Shown piece by piece: positions 19,141-27,089 of a stretch of 54,525 bases of DNA. Source of the stretch: Deltaproteobacteria bacterium (GTDB lineage Bacteria > Desulfobacterota > GWC2-55-46); contig JBBTGV010000033.1 of assembly GCA_038041305.1 (NCBI GenBank), positions 1 through 54,525 of the forward strand, read 5' to 3'. The notes below the pieces were generated by a model. The model saw only the letters and a program-made list of their open reading frames with translations, was not told the DNA's origin and did not search any database. The number at the start of each line of letters is the position of its first letter. Position 1 is the first letter of the stretch. A program made the translations under genes and the position numbers.

Positions 19141-19959
19141 ATGAAAAAGCTGTATTTCTCATTAATAACAGCCGCACTCCTATTGTATGGCCAGAGCGCA
19201 TCCGCGGTATCTGTCGGAACCGAAACATATGCAGGCGTGTCCTCCACGGTCGGAGGTTCATCGGATTTTGACTCCAGCAGCACAGGAAGCTCGTCCTCTG
19301 TAAGTGATTTTAACAATATACAGCCTATGGTTATGGCAAGCGGGTTTTCCTATGCGGACTTTGGCACGAACCGCGCATCATCCGGCACGCTTGGAAGCAC
19401 GAATACCGGCGCAGGCGCGTATTCACATTCTTTTTGGGCTGACGAGTTCGTGATAACAGGCGGCTCAGGCATTGACACAGCATGGTTCGGGTTTTCCCTT
19501 GACGGGACATTGTCCGCTACAGGACAAGCAGGAAGCAGCTACGACTTTGTTGTTGAATACGACTATGATGATAATACGCACATAGGAACACAGAGCGTGG
19601 TCAACACAGGTGCGGACACGTCCGGCGGCACCATAGTCGTTGACTATACATCAGGAGGCTCGGGGCTTCTCTGGGGGAGCTTTGATTTTTACTATGACGA
19701 GAGTTTTTTCATCAGCTCTGTCCTGTACACCTCGTCGTGGGCGGGAAGTTACTCTGGCGGAGGCTCTTCTTATTCGGATTTCTACACAACAGCCGCGCTT
19801 AGTGAAATAATTCTTCCGACTGGATCAAGCCTCACAGCCACATCAGGGACAGACTACACGGGAAGCCAATCCACCGTGCCAGAGCCTTCAACGCTCTTTC
19901 TTCTCGGCGCAGGTATCGGCGGGTTTGCACTAATAAGAAGGAGTTTCAGAAGAAAATAA
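19141..19959 (+). CDS. PEP-CTERM sorting-domain secreted protein
   Basis: Signal peptide MKKLYFSLITAALLLYGQSASA, a Ser/Gly/Thr-rich body, and the C-terminal VPEPSTLFLLGAGIGGFALIRRSFRRK (PEP motif, TM segment and basic tail). SD AGGAGG lies upstream. Confidence 0.9.
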   Translation: MKKLYFSLITAALLLYGQSASAVSVGTETYAGVSSTVGGSSDFDSSSTGSSSSVSDFNNIQPMVMASGFSYADFGTNRASSGTLGSTNTGAGAYSHSFWADEFVITGGSGIDTAWFGFSLDGTLSATGQAGSSYDFVVEYDYDDNTHIGTQSVVNTGADTSGGTIVVDYTSGGSGLLWGSFDFYYDESFFISSVLYTSSWAGSYSGGGSSYSDFYTTAALSEIILPTGSSLTATSGTDYTGSQSTVPEPSTLFLLGAGIGGFALIRRSFRRK

Positions 19960-19984
19960 TCCGCAAAAACAAAAGATTATCCAA

Positions 19985-20017
19985 CGCCCGCTGGTTTTCA
20001 AGCGGGCGGTTTTTTTT
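19985..20017 (+). terminator. rho-independent terminator
   Basis: CGCCCGCT (19985-19992) / AGCGGGCG (20001-20008) stem followed by a T-run at 20010-20017. Confidence 0.8.
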
Positions 20018-20045
20018 GCTTTCAGGCAAATCAACAATTAGTCTT

Positions 20046-20160
20046 GTCATTCCTGCGGAGGCAGGAATCCAGTGTCTTTGTCTTTCTGCATCAATTATTC
20101 AAGACACCGTCATCCCCGATTAATGCCTCGGGGATGACGACGGAGAAAAGACACTGGATT
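20046..20160. repeat. nested inverted-repeat element (GTCATYCC-type), copy A
   Basis: Hairpin ATTCCTGC-GGAG-GCAGGAAT (20049-20068). Long-range inverted repeat AATCCAGTGTCTTT (20066-20079) / AAAGACACTGGATT (20147-20160) encloses a 12-bp hairpin CGTCATCCCCGA...TCGGGGATGACG (20108-20139). Confidence 0.8.
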
Positions 20161-20263
20161 ACGAATCCGCATGATAAACCGATCGGGTTCGTGATGGAAA
20201 GGAAAATATCTTTTATATTGCCTGCCTCACAACCCGCCAAAAACATGCAGGGTTACGGCAGGC

Positions 20264-20399
20264 TCCCATTTCCCGATTAAAGCCTCGGGGTGGGATGACG
20301 GTTTGGGTTTGTCATTCCTGTGGATACAGGAATCCAGCGTCTTTGCCTGTGGTTTCGTTAAGGCATGTATTCTTGATTAAGACTGCGGGAATGACAAAC
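20264..20399. repeat. nested inverted-repeat element (GTCATYCC-type), copy B
   Basis: Contains a degenerate copy of the CCCGATTAA(A/T)GCCTCGGGG hairpin (20264-20295) and a second GTCATTCCTGTGGATACAGGAATCCAGCGTCTTTG unit (20311-20345). A 12-bp inverted repeat GTTTGTCATTCC (20307-20318) / GGAATGACAAAC (20388-20399) is also present. Confidence 0.75.
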
Positions 20400-20481
20400 A
20401 CATTGCCTGCGTTTCCCGCAGACCAAGAACAGTCTGGTTTTCGCAACATAAGCTGAATGGCAAAAATTTCAGCCATGCGTC

Positions 20482-20510
20482 TTGACATAATGGTTTTTTT
20501 TGAGTATGTT
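20482..20510 (+). promoter_or_regulatory. candidate sigma-70 promoter for tRNA-Arg
   Basis: TTGACA (20482-20487), 17 nt, TATGTT (20505-20510). The tRNA starts at 20529. Confidence 0.45.
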
Positions 20511-20528
20511 AAATTGATTAACTTGTTT

Positions 20529-20601
20529 GCGCCTGTAGCTCAGCGGACAGAGCATCGGCCTCCGAAGCCGAGGGTCAGGAGTTCAAATCTCCTCAGGCGC
20601 G
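20529..20601 (+). tRNA. tRNA-Arg (anticodon CCG)
   Basis: Folded by hand. Acceptor GCGCCTG/CAGGCGC, D arm GCTC..GAGC, anticodon stem TCGGC/GCCGA with loop CTCCGAA, T arm AGGAG-TTCAAAT-CTCCT, discriminator G. No encoded CCA. Confidence 0.9.
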
Positions 20602-20713
20602 CTTGGTTTTTTTAAAAACAAATCAGGCGAAGAACAAACAGCAAAAAAGAAGAAAATACTGCGATGAATGTCTTGCCGGAACACGCCTGTTTTCGGCAAG
20701 GCCTTTTTGTCCA

Positions 20714-20790
<77 letters not shown>

Positions 20791-20801
20791 TGTAAATCAA
20801 G

Positions 20802-20834
20802 GGGTTTGAGCGTTTGCGCTCAAGCCCTTTTTTT
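20802..20834 (+). terminator. rho-independent terminator after tRNA-Lys
   Basis: GGGTTTGAGCG (20802-20812) / CGCTCAAGCCC (20817-20827), an 11-bp stem with one G-U pair, followed by a T-run at 20828-20834. Confidence 0.75.
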
Positions 20835-20949
20835 ATATTTCAAAGAATTGCCGCTGATTTTTCCTTGCCTTTTGGGTAGCCTTGCCTTAACTCGTTTATA
20901 GATATGGCGGATATTTTAAAAAGAATCCGGCCTGGCAACCAACAGGGGG

Positions 20950-21282
20950 TTGATATTTAGATTATTGCCACAACGGCAAAGATTGCGTTTGCGCTGGCTT
21001 TGGCCGCCGGGTTTTGAAGCCATGCAGGCAATCATCGGCTCGGCAATGGACTCAAACAAGAATATTGAGATTAATCTTGTTGAAGGGGTTCGGAATTTCC
21101 AAAACCCGGTGCTTTTTTTGGCGAGCGGATGCAATTCTCTTATAGGCGCGGGACATCAGGCGAGACAGGCCGAATTTTTTGCCAATGCCGAGCTTAAGGT
21201 GATAAAACATGGCGGGCACATGATGTTCGGGGAAAGGCCCGTTGAGGCAGCCGAAATCGTAAGGGATTATCTTAAGCGTTGA
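20950..21282 (+). pseudogene. C-terminal fragment of an alpha/beta-fold hydrolase (probable gene remnant)
   Basis: Only the last 85 aa or so look hydrolase-like (NPVLFLASGCNSLIG...AELKVIKHGGHMMFGERPVEAAEIVRDYL, i.e. the catalytic-His region). There is no nucleophile-elbow part, no ATG and no SD. The upstream part of the ORF is low-quality (RLRLRWLWPPGF). tRNA-Lys lies immediately upstream. Confidence 0.5.
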
Positions 21283-21345
21283 CGCCTTTGTGTTCATTCA
21301 TGCCTTGACTTGTCCGGGATATTCGTTTAAATTACGGAAATAGAT

Positions 21346-21521
21346 GTCAGGTATCCCCATCCGGGGATTTTTAAAAGGGAATCCCGTGATCTGCGCTGAG
21401 CAGAGATTCGGGAGCGGTCCCGCCGCTGTAACCGGGTACGAAGGCCGACAATGCCACTGGGGATTAAACCCCGGGAAGGCTGAGCCGTAGGATTATCCGG
21501 GAGCCAGAAGACCTGCCTGAC
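21346..21521 (+). promoter_or_regulatory. cobalamin (B12) riboswitch 1
   Basis: AAAAGGGAATCCCGTGA..., CCCGCCGCTGTAA, GCCACTGG...CCCGGGAAGGC, and the B12 box GAGCCAGAAGACCTGCC. P1 pairs GTCAGGT (21346-21352) with GCCTGAC (21515-21521). The first 24 nt of the core are identical to riboswitch 2. Confidence 0.8.
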
Positions 21522-21616
21522 GCATAGCGTAGCATTAAAGCCTTCTCGCGGACAGGAAGGCCCCTTAAGGACTTTAGTCTTTGGGGTAGGAAACTGAGGG
21601 TCAAGAAACAGGGTGC

Positions 21617-21649
21617 AATCCTCGGAGTTAAGGCTCCGGGGATTTTTTT
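21617..21649 (+). terminator. riboswitch expression-platform terminator (attenuator)
   Basis: AATCCTCGGAG (21617-21627) / CTCCGGGGATT (21634-21644) stem with one mismatch, merging into a T-run to 21649. Confidence 0.55.
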
Positions 21650-21786
21650 ATTTCAATCGGATGCCCGGCTTGACCCGCCCCTTCAGGGCGTGGGTCGGCC
21701 GGGCCACAGAAAAGAAAAATGCCTTGCCGACAATCCCGGCCATTTTTGGCAGGCGATTGAAAATTATTTCAACAAGGAGACAAGAC

Positions 21787-23088
21787 ATGACGCAGATAGA
21801 GGCCGCAAGAAAGGGCGTTATAACCAATGAGATGAGGGAGGTCTCCGCAAGAGAGGGGCATACTCCGGAATACATAATGGAGATGATAGCCCTCGGCAGG
21901 GTCGTGATTCCAAACAACAAAAACAGGAAGGCAAGGCTCGTCGGCATAGGCGCAGGGCTAAGGACAAAGGTCAATGCGAGCATCGGCACCTCGTCCGACA
22001 TAGTTGACGCAAAGGCAGAGGTGGAAAAGGCGGTTGCCGCCGAAGAGGCGGGGGCGGACACATTAATGGAGCTCTCGGTCGGAGGCGACTTGGACAGCAT
22101 AAGAAAGCAGGTGCTTGGGGCAACGAACCTCTCGGTGGGCAGCGTCCCGCTTTATCAGGCGTTTAAGGAGGCGATAGAAAAGTATCACGACCCGAATAAA
22201 CTGACAGAGGGGCTTTTGTTTGATGTGATTGAGAGGCAGTGCGAAGACGGCATATCCTTCATGGCCGTGCACTGCGGCATAACGAGGCTTACGATAGAGA
22301 GGCTAAACAGGCAGGGTTACCGCTACGGGGGGCTTGTCTCAAGGGGGGGATCCTACATGGTGGGCTGGATGCTTAAGAACAACAGGGAAAATCCCCTTTA
22401 CGAGAGGTTTGACCGCGTTGCCGGGATACTTAAGAAATACGACTGCGTCCTAAGCCTCGGCAATGGCCTGAGGGCCGGCGCCGTGCACGACAGCCTTGAC
22501 AGGGCGCAGGTGCAGGAGCTTTTGATAAACTGCGAGCTTGCCGAGACGGGCCAGGACATGGGATGCCAGATGATGTGCGAGGGCCCCGGGCACCTGCCGT
22601 TGGACGACATAGAGGCCAATGTAAGGCTTCAGAAAAGGATGAGCGCGGATGCGCCTTTTTACGTGTTGGGCCCTCTTACAACCGACATTGCCGCGGGCTA
22701 TGACCACATATCCGCCGCAATCGGGGCCGCCGAGGCCGCAAGATACGGGGCGGACCTCATATGCTATGTCACCCCGGCGGAGCATCTGGCCCTGCCGAAC
22801 AAGGAAGATGTCGTTGAAGGGGTGAGGGCGGCTCGTATCGCGGCCCATGTCGGCGACATGGTAAAGCTCAAAGGCAGGGACAGGGACATGCGCATGGCAA
22901 AGGCAAGAAGGGATTTGAAATGGGATGAGCAGCAAAGGCTCGGTCTTTTCGGGGAAAGGGCCGCACAAATAAGGGCGAGCCGCGCGCCGGACAATTCCGA
23001 CACATGCACCATGTGCGGGAGCTTCTGCGCCCTTGACAATGTCAATGCCTTTTTCAGGGAATGCCTTGAAAAAGGCCCGAAACGCTGA
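21787..23088 (+). CDS. bzaF: ThiC-family radical-SAM enzyme; given the B12 riboswitch, probably 5-hydroxybenzimidazole synthase (BzaF-type) rather than HMP-P synthase ThiC
   Basis: Start at ATG 21787 (MTQIEAARKGVITNEM, SD AAGGAGA 7 nt upstream). ThiC hallmarks are present throughout (NASIGTS, LMELSVGG, VPLYQA, MCEGPGH, VTPAEHL) with the C-terminal CTMCGSFCAL cluster motif. The ORF-track start 21613 lies inside the attenuator. Confidence 0.8.
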   Translation: MTQIEAARKGVITNEMREVSAREGHTPEYIMEMIALGRVVIPNNKNRKARLVGIGAGLRTKVNASIGTSSDIVDAKAEVEKAVAAEEAGADTLMELSVGGDLDSIRKQVLGATNLSVGSVPLYQAFKEAIEKYHDPNKLTEGLLFDVIERQCEDGISFMAVHCGITRLTIERLNRQGYRYGGLVSRGGSYMVGWMLKNNRENPLYERFDRVAGILKKYDCVLSLGNGLRAGAVHDSLDRAQVQELLINCELAETGQDMGCQMMCEGPGHLPLDDIEANVRLQKRMSADAPFYVLGPLTTDIAAGYDHISAAIGAAEAARYGADLICYVTPAEHLALPNKEDVVEGVRAARIAAHVGDMVKLKGRDRDMRMAKARRDLKWDEQQRLGLFGERAAQIRASRAPDNSDTCTMCGSFCALDNVNAFFRECLEKGPKR

Positions 23089-23345
23089 ATGGGGAGCCCG
23101 CGTTGACCGGGCAGGGGCTTGTGCCGGGCGGGCGGATATGAACGACATGACTCTGCCGTCAAAAATCCCCGTTGTTTATGGCAAGGGATTCTAAAACACC
23201 GCTTTTCTTGCAGCAGGCTAATACGTCCGCAAGGCCGGTTTTTAGACAACAAAGATTTCTTAATTACCGCGGGTAAAGATGACTAATGTCATTTTAGGGG
23301 CTCGTTTTATGTGGTTTGATGGATGCATAGGCCCACATAAACCAC

Positions 23346-24806
23346 ATGCAACGCGCACTGGACGCACTGGAAAACCTAATAGATGAAACATTAAGCCCGC
23401 GCTACAACCCGCTTTATTGCCTCGGCGCCATCTGCGTATTCTTCCTATGGGTGCTTTTAGTAAGCGGCGTATACCTCTTTGTATTCTATAAGATAGGCAG
23501 CCCCTATGAATCCGTTAAGACAATAACCGAGAATCAGTGGATGATCGGCGCGTTTTTCCGGGGCATGCATCGTTATTCAGCGGACGGCCTTGTGTTTTTC
23601 GCGCTTTTACACCTAAGCCGCGAGTTCATAAGGGGAAGGTTTCGCCACGGGAGGTGGACGCAGTGGGTTACCGGCGTACTGACGCTCGGCGTCATATGGA
23701 CAACAGGGGTCATCGGGTACTGGATGGTATGGGACCAGAGGAGCCAGCTCGTAGCCGAACTCTCCTCAAAACTCCTTGATTACCTGCCCATATTCGGCGA
23801 ATCCCTGTCAATCGCCTTTACAACGCCGGAGCTTGTCACGAACCTTTTCTTTCTCATAGCTTTATTCCTGCACCTTACGCTTCCGGTGCTTCTTTTCATA
23901 TTCATATGGCTTCATGTCATGAGGGTGACAAAGCCCCGCATACACCCGCCGAGGCCCGTCTATGCAGGGGTCGCCGTCTCCCTTGCCTTTATGGCCGTAT
24001 TCGCGCCGGTTAAAAGCCTTTTGCCCGCGAATACGGATAAGATTATTTCAGTTATCGGCATTGATTGGTTCTACCTCTTTATATATCCGATGCTAAACAG
24101 CGCTCCTGCCTGGCTTTCGTGGCTTACCATCTCCGCGTCTACGGCTGTTCTCATTGCCGTGCCGTGGATATTCCCAAAAAAAAGGCCGGCCCCGGCAGCG
24201 ATAAAAACAGAGAACTGTTCGGGATGCGCCGTATGCCGCGAGGAATGCCCGTATTCCGCCATATTCATAAGGCCCTCAGGGCCCGATGCAGGCACCGCCG
24301 AGGTGATACCCTCAAGGTGCGCCAGCTGCGGCATATGCGTCGGGTCATGCGCGTTCAACGCAGTGGACTTTCCCATTAAGAGGCACGAGGACATAATGGC
24401 GGAGATTTCCGCAAAGGTCCTCGGCGCGGGCAATAAAGGCCCTTTTAAGCTCTTTTTCGCCTGCTCGCACATAAGCGGCCTTGACCATGCCTTTGCAGGG
24501 CATGCCGGGCCGGATATGCGCCAAGCGGGTCTTATAAAACTCCCGTGCGCCGGCATGGTGAATGCCGGCTGGATTGAATACGCCCTCAAGCTCGGGGCGG
24601 GCAATGTGGTCATCTTAGGGTGCAAAGAGGGCGCCGGGTGGTACCGCACAGGAAATACGCTTTTGTCAGAGAGGGTCGCGATGCTTTCTGATAAGGACAA
24701 TGCCTCAAGGGTCAGCGTTCACCTCACGTCAAGGCTGACTGAAAAGACGCTCCATGAGCGCATAAGCGCGGTAAATGAGGGGGTTCGCCTAACCGGAGAT
24801 GTTTAA
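23346..24806 (+). CDS. fusion protein: bc-type cytochrome b (helices A-F) + 2x[4Fe-4S] ferredoxin + MvhD/FlpD-like domain
   Basis: Two H-x13-H haem-ligand pairs (MHRYSADGLVFFALLH; LHLTLPVLLFIFIWLH), GYWMVWDQ, and an ef-loop IDWFYLFIYPML in place of PEWY. After TM6 come CSGCAVCREECP and CASCGICVGSCA, then LIKLPCAGMVNAGWIEYALKLGAGNVVILGCKEGAGWYRTGN (MvhD-like). Confidence 0.75.
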   Translation: MQRALDALENLIDETLSPRYNPLYCLGAICVFFLWVLLVSGVYLFVFYKIGSPYESVKTITENQWMIGAFFRGMHRYSADGLVFFALLHLSREFIRGRFRHGRWTQWVTGVLTLGVIWTTGVIGYWMVWDQRSQLVAELSSKLLDYLPIFGESLSIAFTTPELVTNLFFLIALFLHLTLPVLLFIFIWLHVMRVTKPRIHPPRPVYAGVAVSLAFMAVFAPVKSLLPANTDKIISVIGIDWFYLFIYPMLNSAPAWLSWLTISASTAVLIAVPWIFPKKRPAPAAIKTENCSGCAVCREECPYSAIFIRPSGPDAGTAEVIPSRCASCGICVGSCAFNAVDFPIKRHEDIMAEISAKVLGAGNKGPFKLFFACSHISGLDHAFAGHAGPDMRQAGLIKLPCAGMVNAGWIEYALKLGAGNVVILGCKEGAGWYRTGNTLLSERVAMLSDKDNASRVSVHLTSRLTEKTLHERISAVNEGVRLTGDV

Positions 24807-25347
24807 AAAAGCCCTGAAATGTTTAGCCGCAGTAATCGCGCTGGCCGCGCCTCTGGCCGTGGTGCTCTTTTTTTCAGAGTCGGATTACGGATTTTACGAC
24901 CCGCAAAGCGCGGTCTTGAAGTTGAGCATAAAGCACGCCGGGCACAGGACGGTTGAGTGCGACGACATGCAGATCCTTAAAGAGGAGGCCGAACGATACA
25001 GGGCCATGATCAAGGATACCAAGAGCGCGAAGATGAAGCTTAAAAAGCTCGGCTCGTGCAGCAGGGGCAGAAACCCGGTGTATGTTGAGCTGTATGCCGA
25101 TGAAAGGCTTCTGGTCTCAGGGTCGTTTGAGGCTGGCGGATGGACAAAGGACGGTGCGTCCTTCATATACGGCAAATATCCGATAGCGCCGGGAAAGAGG
25201 CGCGTTGTCGTAAAGATGCGCGATTCAGGGCAGTCGGATGCCTTTGATTATTCGTTCAGCAAGGAAGTGGAGTTTGAGGCAGGACGCTTAAGGGTCGTTA
25301 AATTTGACGAGACAGGCAAGAAAATCTTTGTGCAGCAGGCTCCATGA
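24799..25347 (+). CDS. hypothetical membrane-anchored protein
   Basis: 182 aa with an N-terminal TM/signal anchor (LKCLAAVIALAAPLAVVLFF), then a beta-rich soluble domain. No recognisable motif. Its start overlaps the upstream gene by 8 nt. Confidence 0.55.
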   Translation: MFKKALKCLAAVIALAAPLAVVLFFSESDYGFYDPQSAVLKLSIKHAGHRTVECDDMQILKEEAERYRAMIKDTKSAKMKLKKLGSCSRGRNPVYVELYADERLLVSGSFEAGGWTKDGASFIYGKYPIAPGKRRVVVKMRDSGQSDAFDYSFSKEVEFEAGRLRVVKFDETGKKIFVQQAP

Positions 25348-25396
25348 GTTAAAACCTTCGCAGTCGATTCACCCGTTGCATTCTTAGCAGGCGTTC

Positions 25397-26233
25397 TCAA
25401 TCCAGGAGCTTTGGACTGCCCCTTCTAAAAAGTTTATATACTATCCAGACAAGGGTCGCCCCCTGAAGGGCCGAGCCTAACGCGAGCGCCGCTATCGCGC
25501 CGAAGTTAAGCCTGTAAATGCCCGAGACCTCGTCATAGCGGTAGCAGAAAAGTATCACCTTGTCTATTATGCCCGAGGGGTTTAAGAAGGCCGAGGCAAC
25601 CCCTGAGCCGGAGGCAAGAACCACGGCGTTGACAAGCTCCTCCTGATTGAAGTTCATGCCGTAGACCTGCTTTAGTATCGTCCCGTCCCTGCCAACTACG
25701 GTTGTGAGGTTCATGTGGTCAAAACCCCCGTCCGGGAGCCTCTCATAATAAAAACCGAGTTCCTTTGTGAGGGCCTGTATTGTCTTTGCGCCGGCGGTTG
25801 CAAACCTCCATTTGGTGAAGTCGTCCGTAAAGCGCGCGCCAAAAGACTTAAGCACGGACGGGGTGTCATGATCGGGGTCAAAGCCGATTGAGAGGGCCGT
25901 AAAATCCCCGCCTGATTTCATCTTTGCGATGGCGAAGGCCTGCTTGAGCCTGCCCGTTATGTTGGAGCAGACATGCGGACAACTCGTGTATATGTAGCTT
26001 ATGACGAGCGGCCTGCCCATAAGCCCTTTGAGGGGAAGGGCATTGTTGTCCTGATCAATAAGCGTGTAGCCGGGTATTTTTTTGCCTATCGCCGCGTTTG
26101 CCGTTGCAACTGGGTCCGAGGCCCATAGGGGCGTTGCAGGGCCTGAGATTAAGGCAACGAGGGACACGACAAAGGCAATAAGCGTATTTTTGGAATAAAG
26201 GCGGCTCATTCCGCTAACGTAGAGAGATGTCAA
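25397..26233 (-). CDS. SCO1/SenC family copper chaperone with extra C-terminal TM segment
   Basis: Thioredoxin-like fold with the CPHVC motif (YIYTSCPHVCSNI). N-terminal anchor and a C-terminal hydrophobic tail. An alternative start at ATG 26209 is possible. Confidence 0.85.
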   Translation of the reverse strand: MTSLYVSGMSRLYSKNTLIAFVVSLVALISGPATPLWASDPVATANAAIGKKIPGYTLIDQDNNALPLKGLMGRPLVISYIYTSCPHVCSNITGRLKQAFAIAKMKSGGDFTALSIGFDPDHDTPSVLKSFGARFTDDFTKWRFATAGAKTIQALTKELGFYYERLPDGGFDHMNLTTVVGRDGTILKQVYGMNFNQEELVNAVVLASGSGVASAFLNPSGIIDKVILFCYRYDEVSGIYRLNFGAIAALALGSALQGATLVWIVYKLFRRGSPKLLD

Positions 26234-27089
26234 GTATCACGGACAGGAAAAGTCCGCTTAGATATATCATGGAGGCCCTGAAATTCCTCCGCGCGATCTC
26301 CTTTGACTGGTCGCGGATGAACTCAATGTTCCTGTAAATGAAAAAAGCGCCGAATATAACGGCAGAGGCCGTGTATACGCTGCCGAGGAACCCGAACCAC
26401 ACCGGCAGCAGGGACGAGAGCACGAGAAGCAGGGTGTTCAGGAGCACGTACCGGGCGGTCTTGAAATCCCCTATGATGTTAGGCAGCATGGGGATGCCGG
26501 CCCTGCCGTATTCCTCTCTGTGGAGGACCGCGAAGCTCCAGAAGTGCGACGGGGTCCAGAAAAACATCACAACGGCAAGGAATACCGGCAGCAGGCAGAA
26601 CTCAGGAGAGGCCGAGGCCCCGCCCGCAAGCACGGCAAAGCTGCCCGCCAGCCCGCCGATGACTATGTTAATCCAGCTCCGCCTCTTCAGCCACACGGTG
26701 TATACGATTGCGTAGACAAAGCCGCCGAGGAAGAGGTGCAGGGCGACCATGGGGTTAAGCACCTTAAGGGAAAGCAGTATTGACGCGATGAACAGCCCCG
26801 TTGCCGCGATAAGAATCCTGCCTGAGCCCGCCACATGGCCGGCGGGCAGGGGTCTCTTTTCCGTCCTCTTCATTATGAGGTCTATGTCCCTGTCAAAATA
26901 ATGGTTGAACGCGCTTGCGCCCGCGGAGGCCATCATGGTAACGAGCGCGAGATACAACAGGGTTGATGCGGATACTGATACGCCAGCGTTTGACGAGGAT
27001 ATAAGGCCCACGATCGCGGTGAATGTTATAAGGGAGCAGATCCGGAATTTAAAAAGCGGCAAATAGTTTTTAAGCGAGGCCGAGGTCAT
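26214..27089 (-). CDS. ctaB: protohaem IX farnesyltransferase (haem O synthase)
   Basis: UbiA-family polytopic protein with NHYFDRDIDLIMKRTEKRPLPAG and FWTPSHFW motifs. 4-nt overlap with the upstream gene. Confidence 0.9.
   Translation of the reverse strand: MTSASLKNYLPLFKFRICSLITFTAIVGLISSSNAGVSVSASTLLYLALVTMMASAGASAFNHYFDRDIDLIMKRTEKRPLPAGHVAGSGRILIAATGLFIASILLSLKVLNPMVALHLFLGGFVYAIVYTVWLKRRSWINIVIGGLAGSFAVLAGGASASPEFCLLPVFLAVVMFFWTPSHFWSFAVLHREEYGRAGIPMLPNIIGDFKTARYVLLNTLLLVLSSLLPVWFGFLGSVYTASAVIFGAFFIYRNIEFIRDQSKEIARRNFRASMIYLSGLFLSVILDISLR

Noticed and set aside
20044-20280. 78-aa ORF MSFLRRQESSVFVF...
   Set aside because: It is a read-through translation of the inverted-repeat elements. 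It has no SD and low-complexity composition, and the same repeat occurs again in another frame.
21300-21650. Expected TPP (THI-box) riboswitch in front of a thiC-like gene
   Set aside because: No CTGAGA...ACCTGATCTGGATAATGCCAGCG-type elements are present. The leader instead has the B12 box and the other cobalamin-aptamer motifs.
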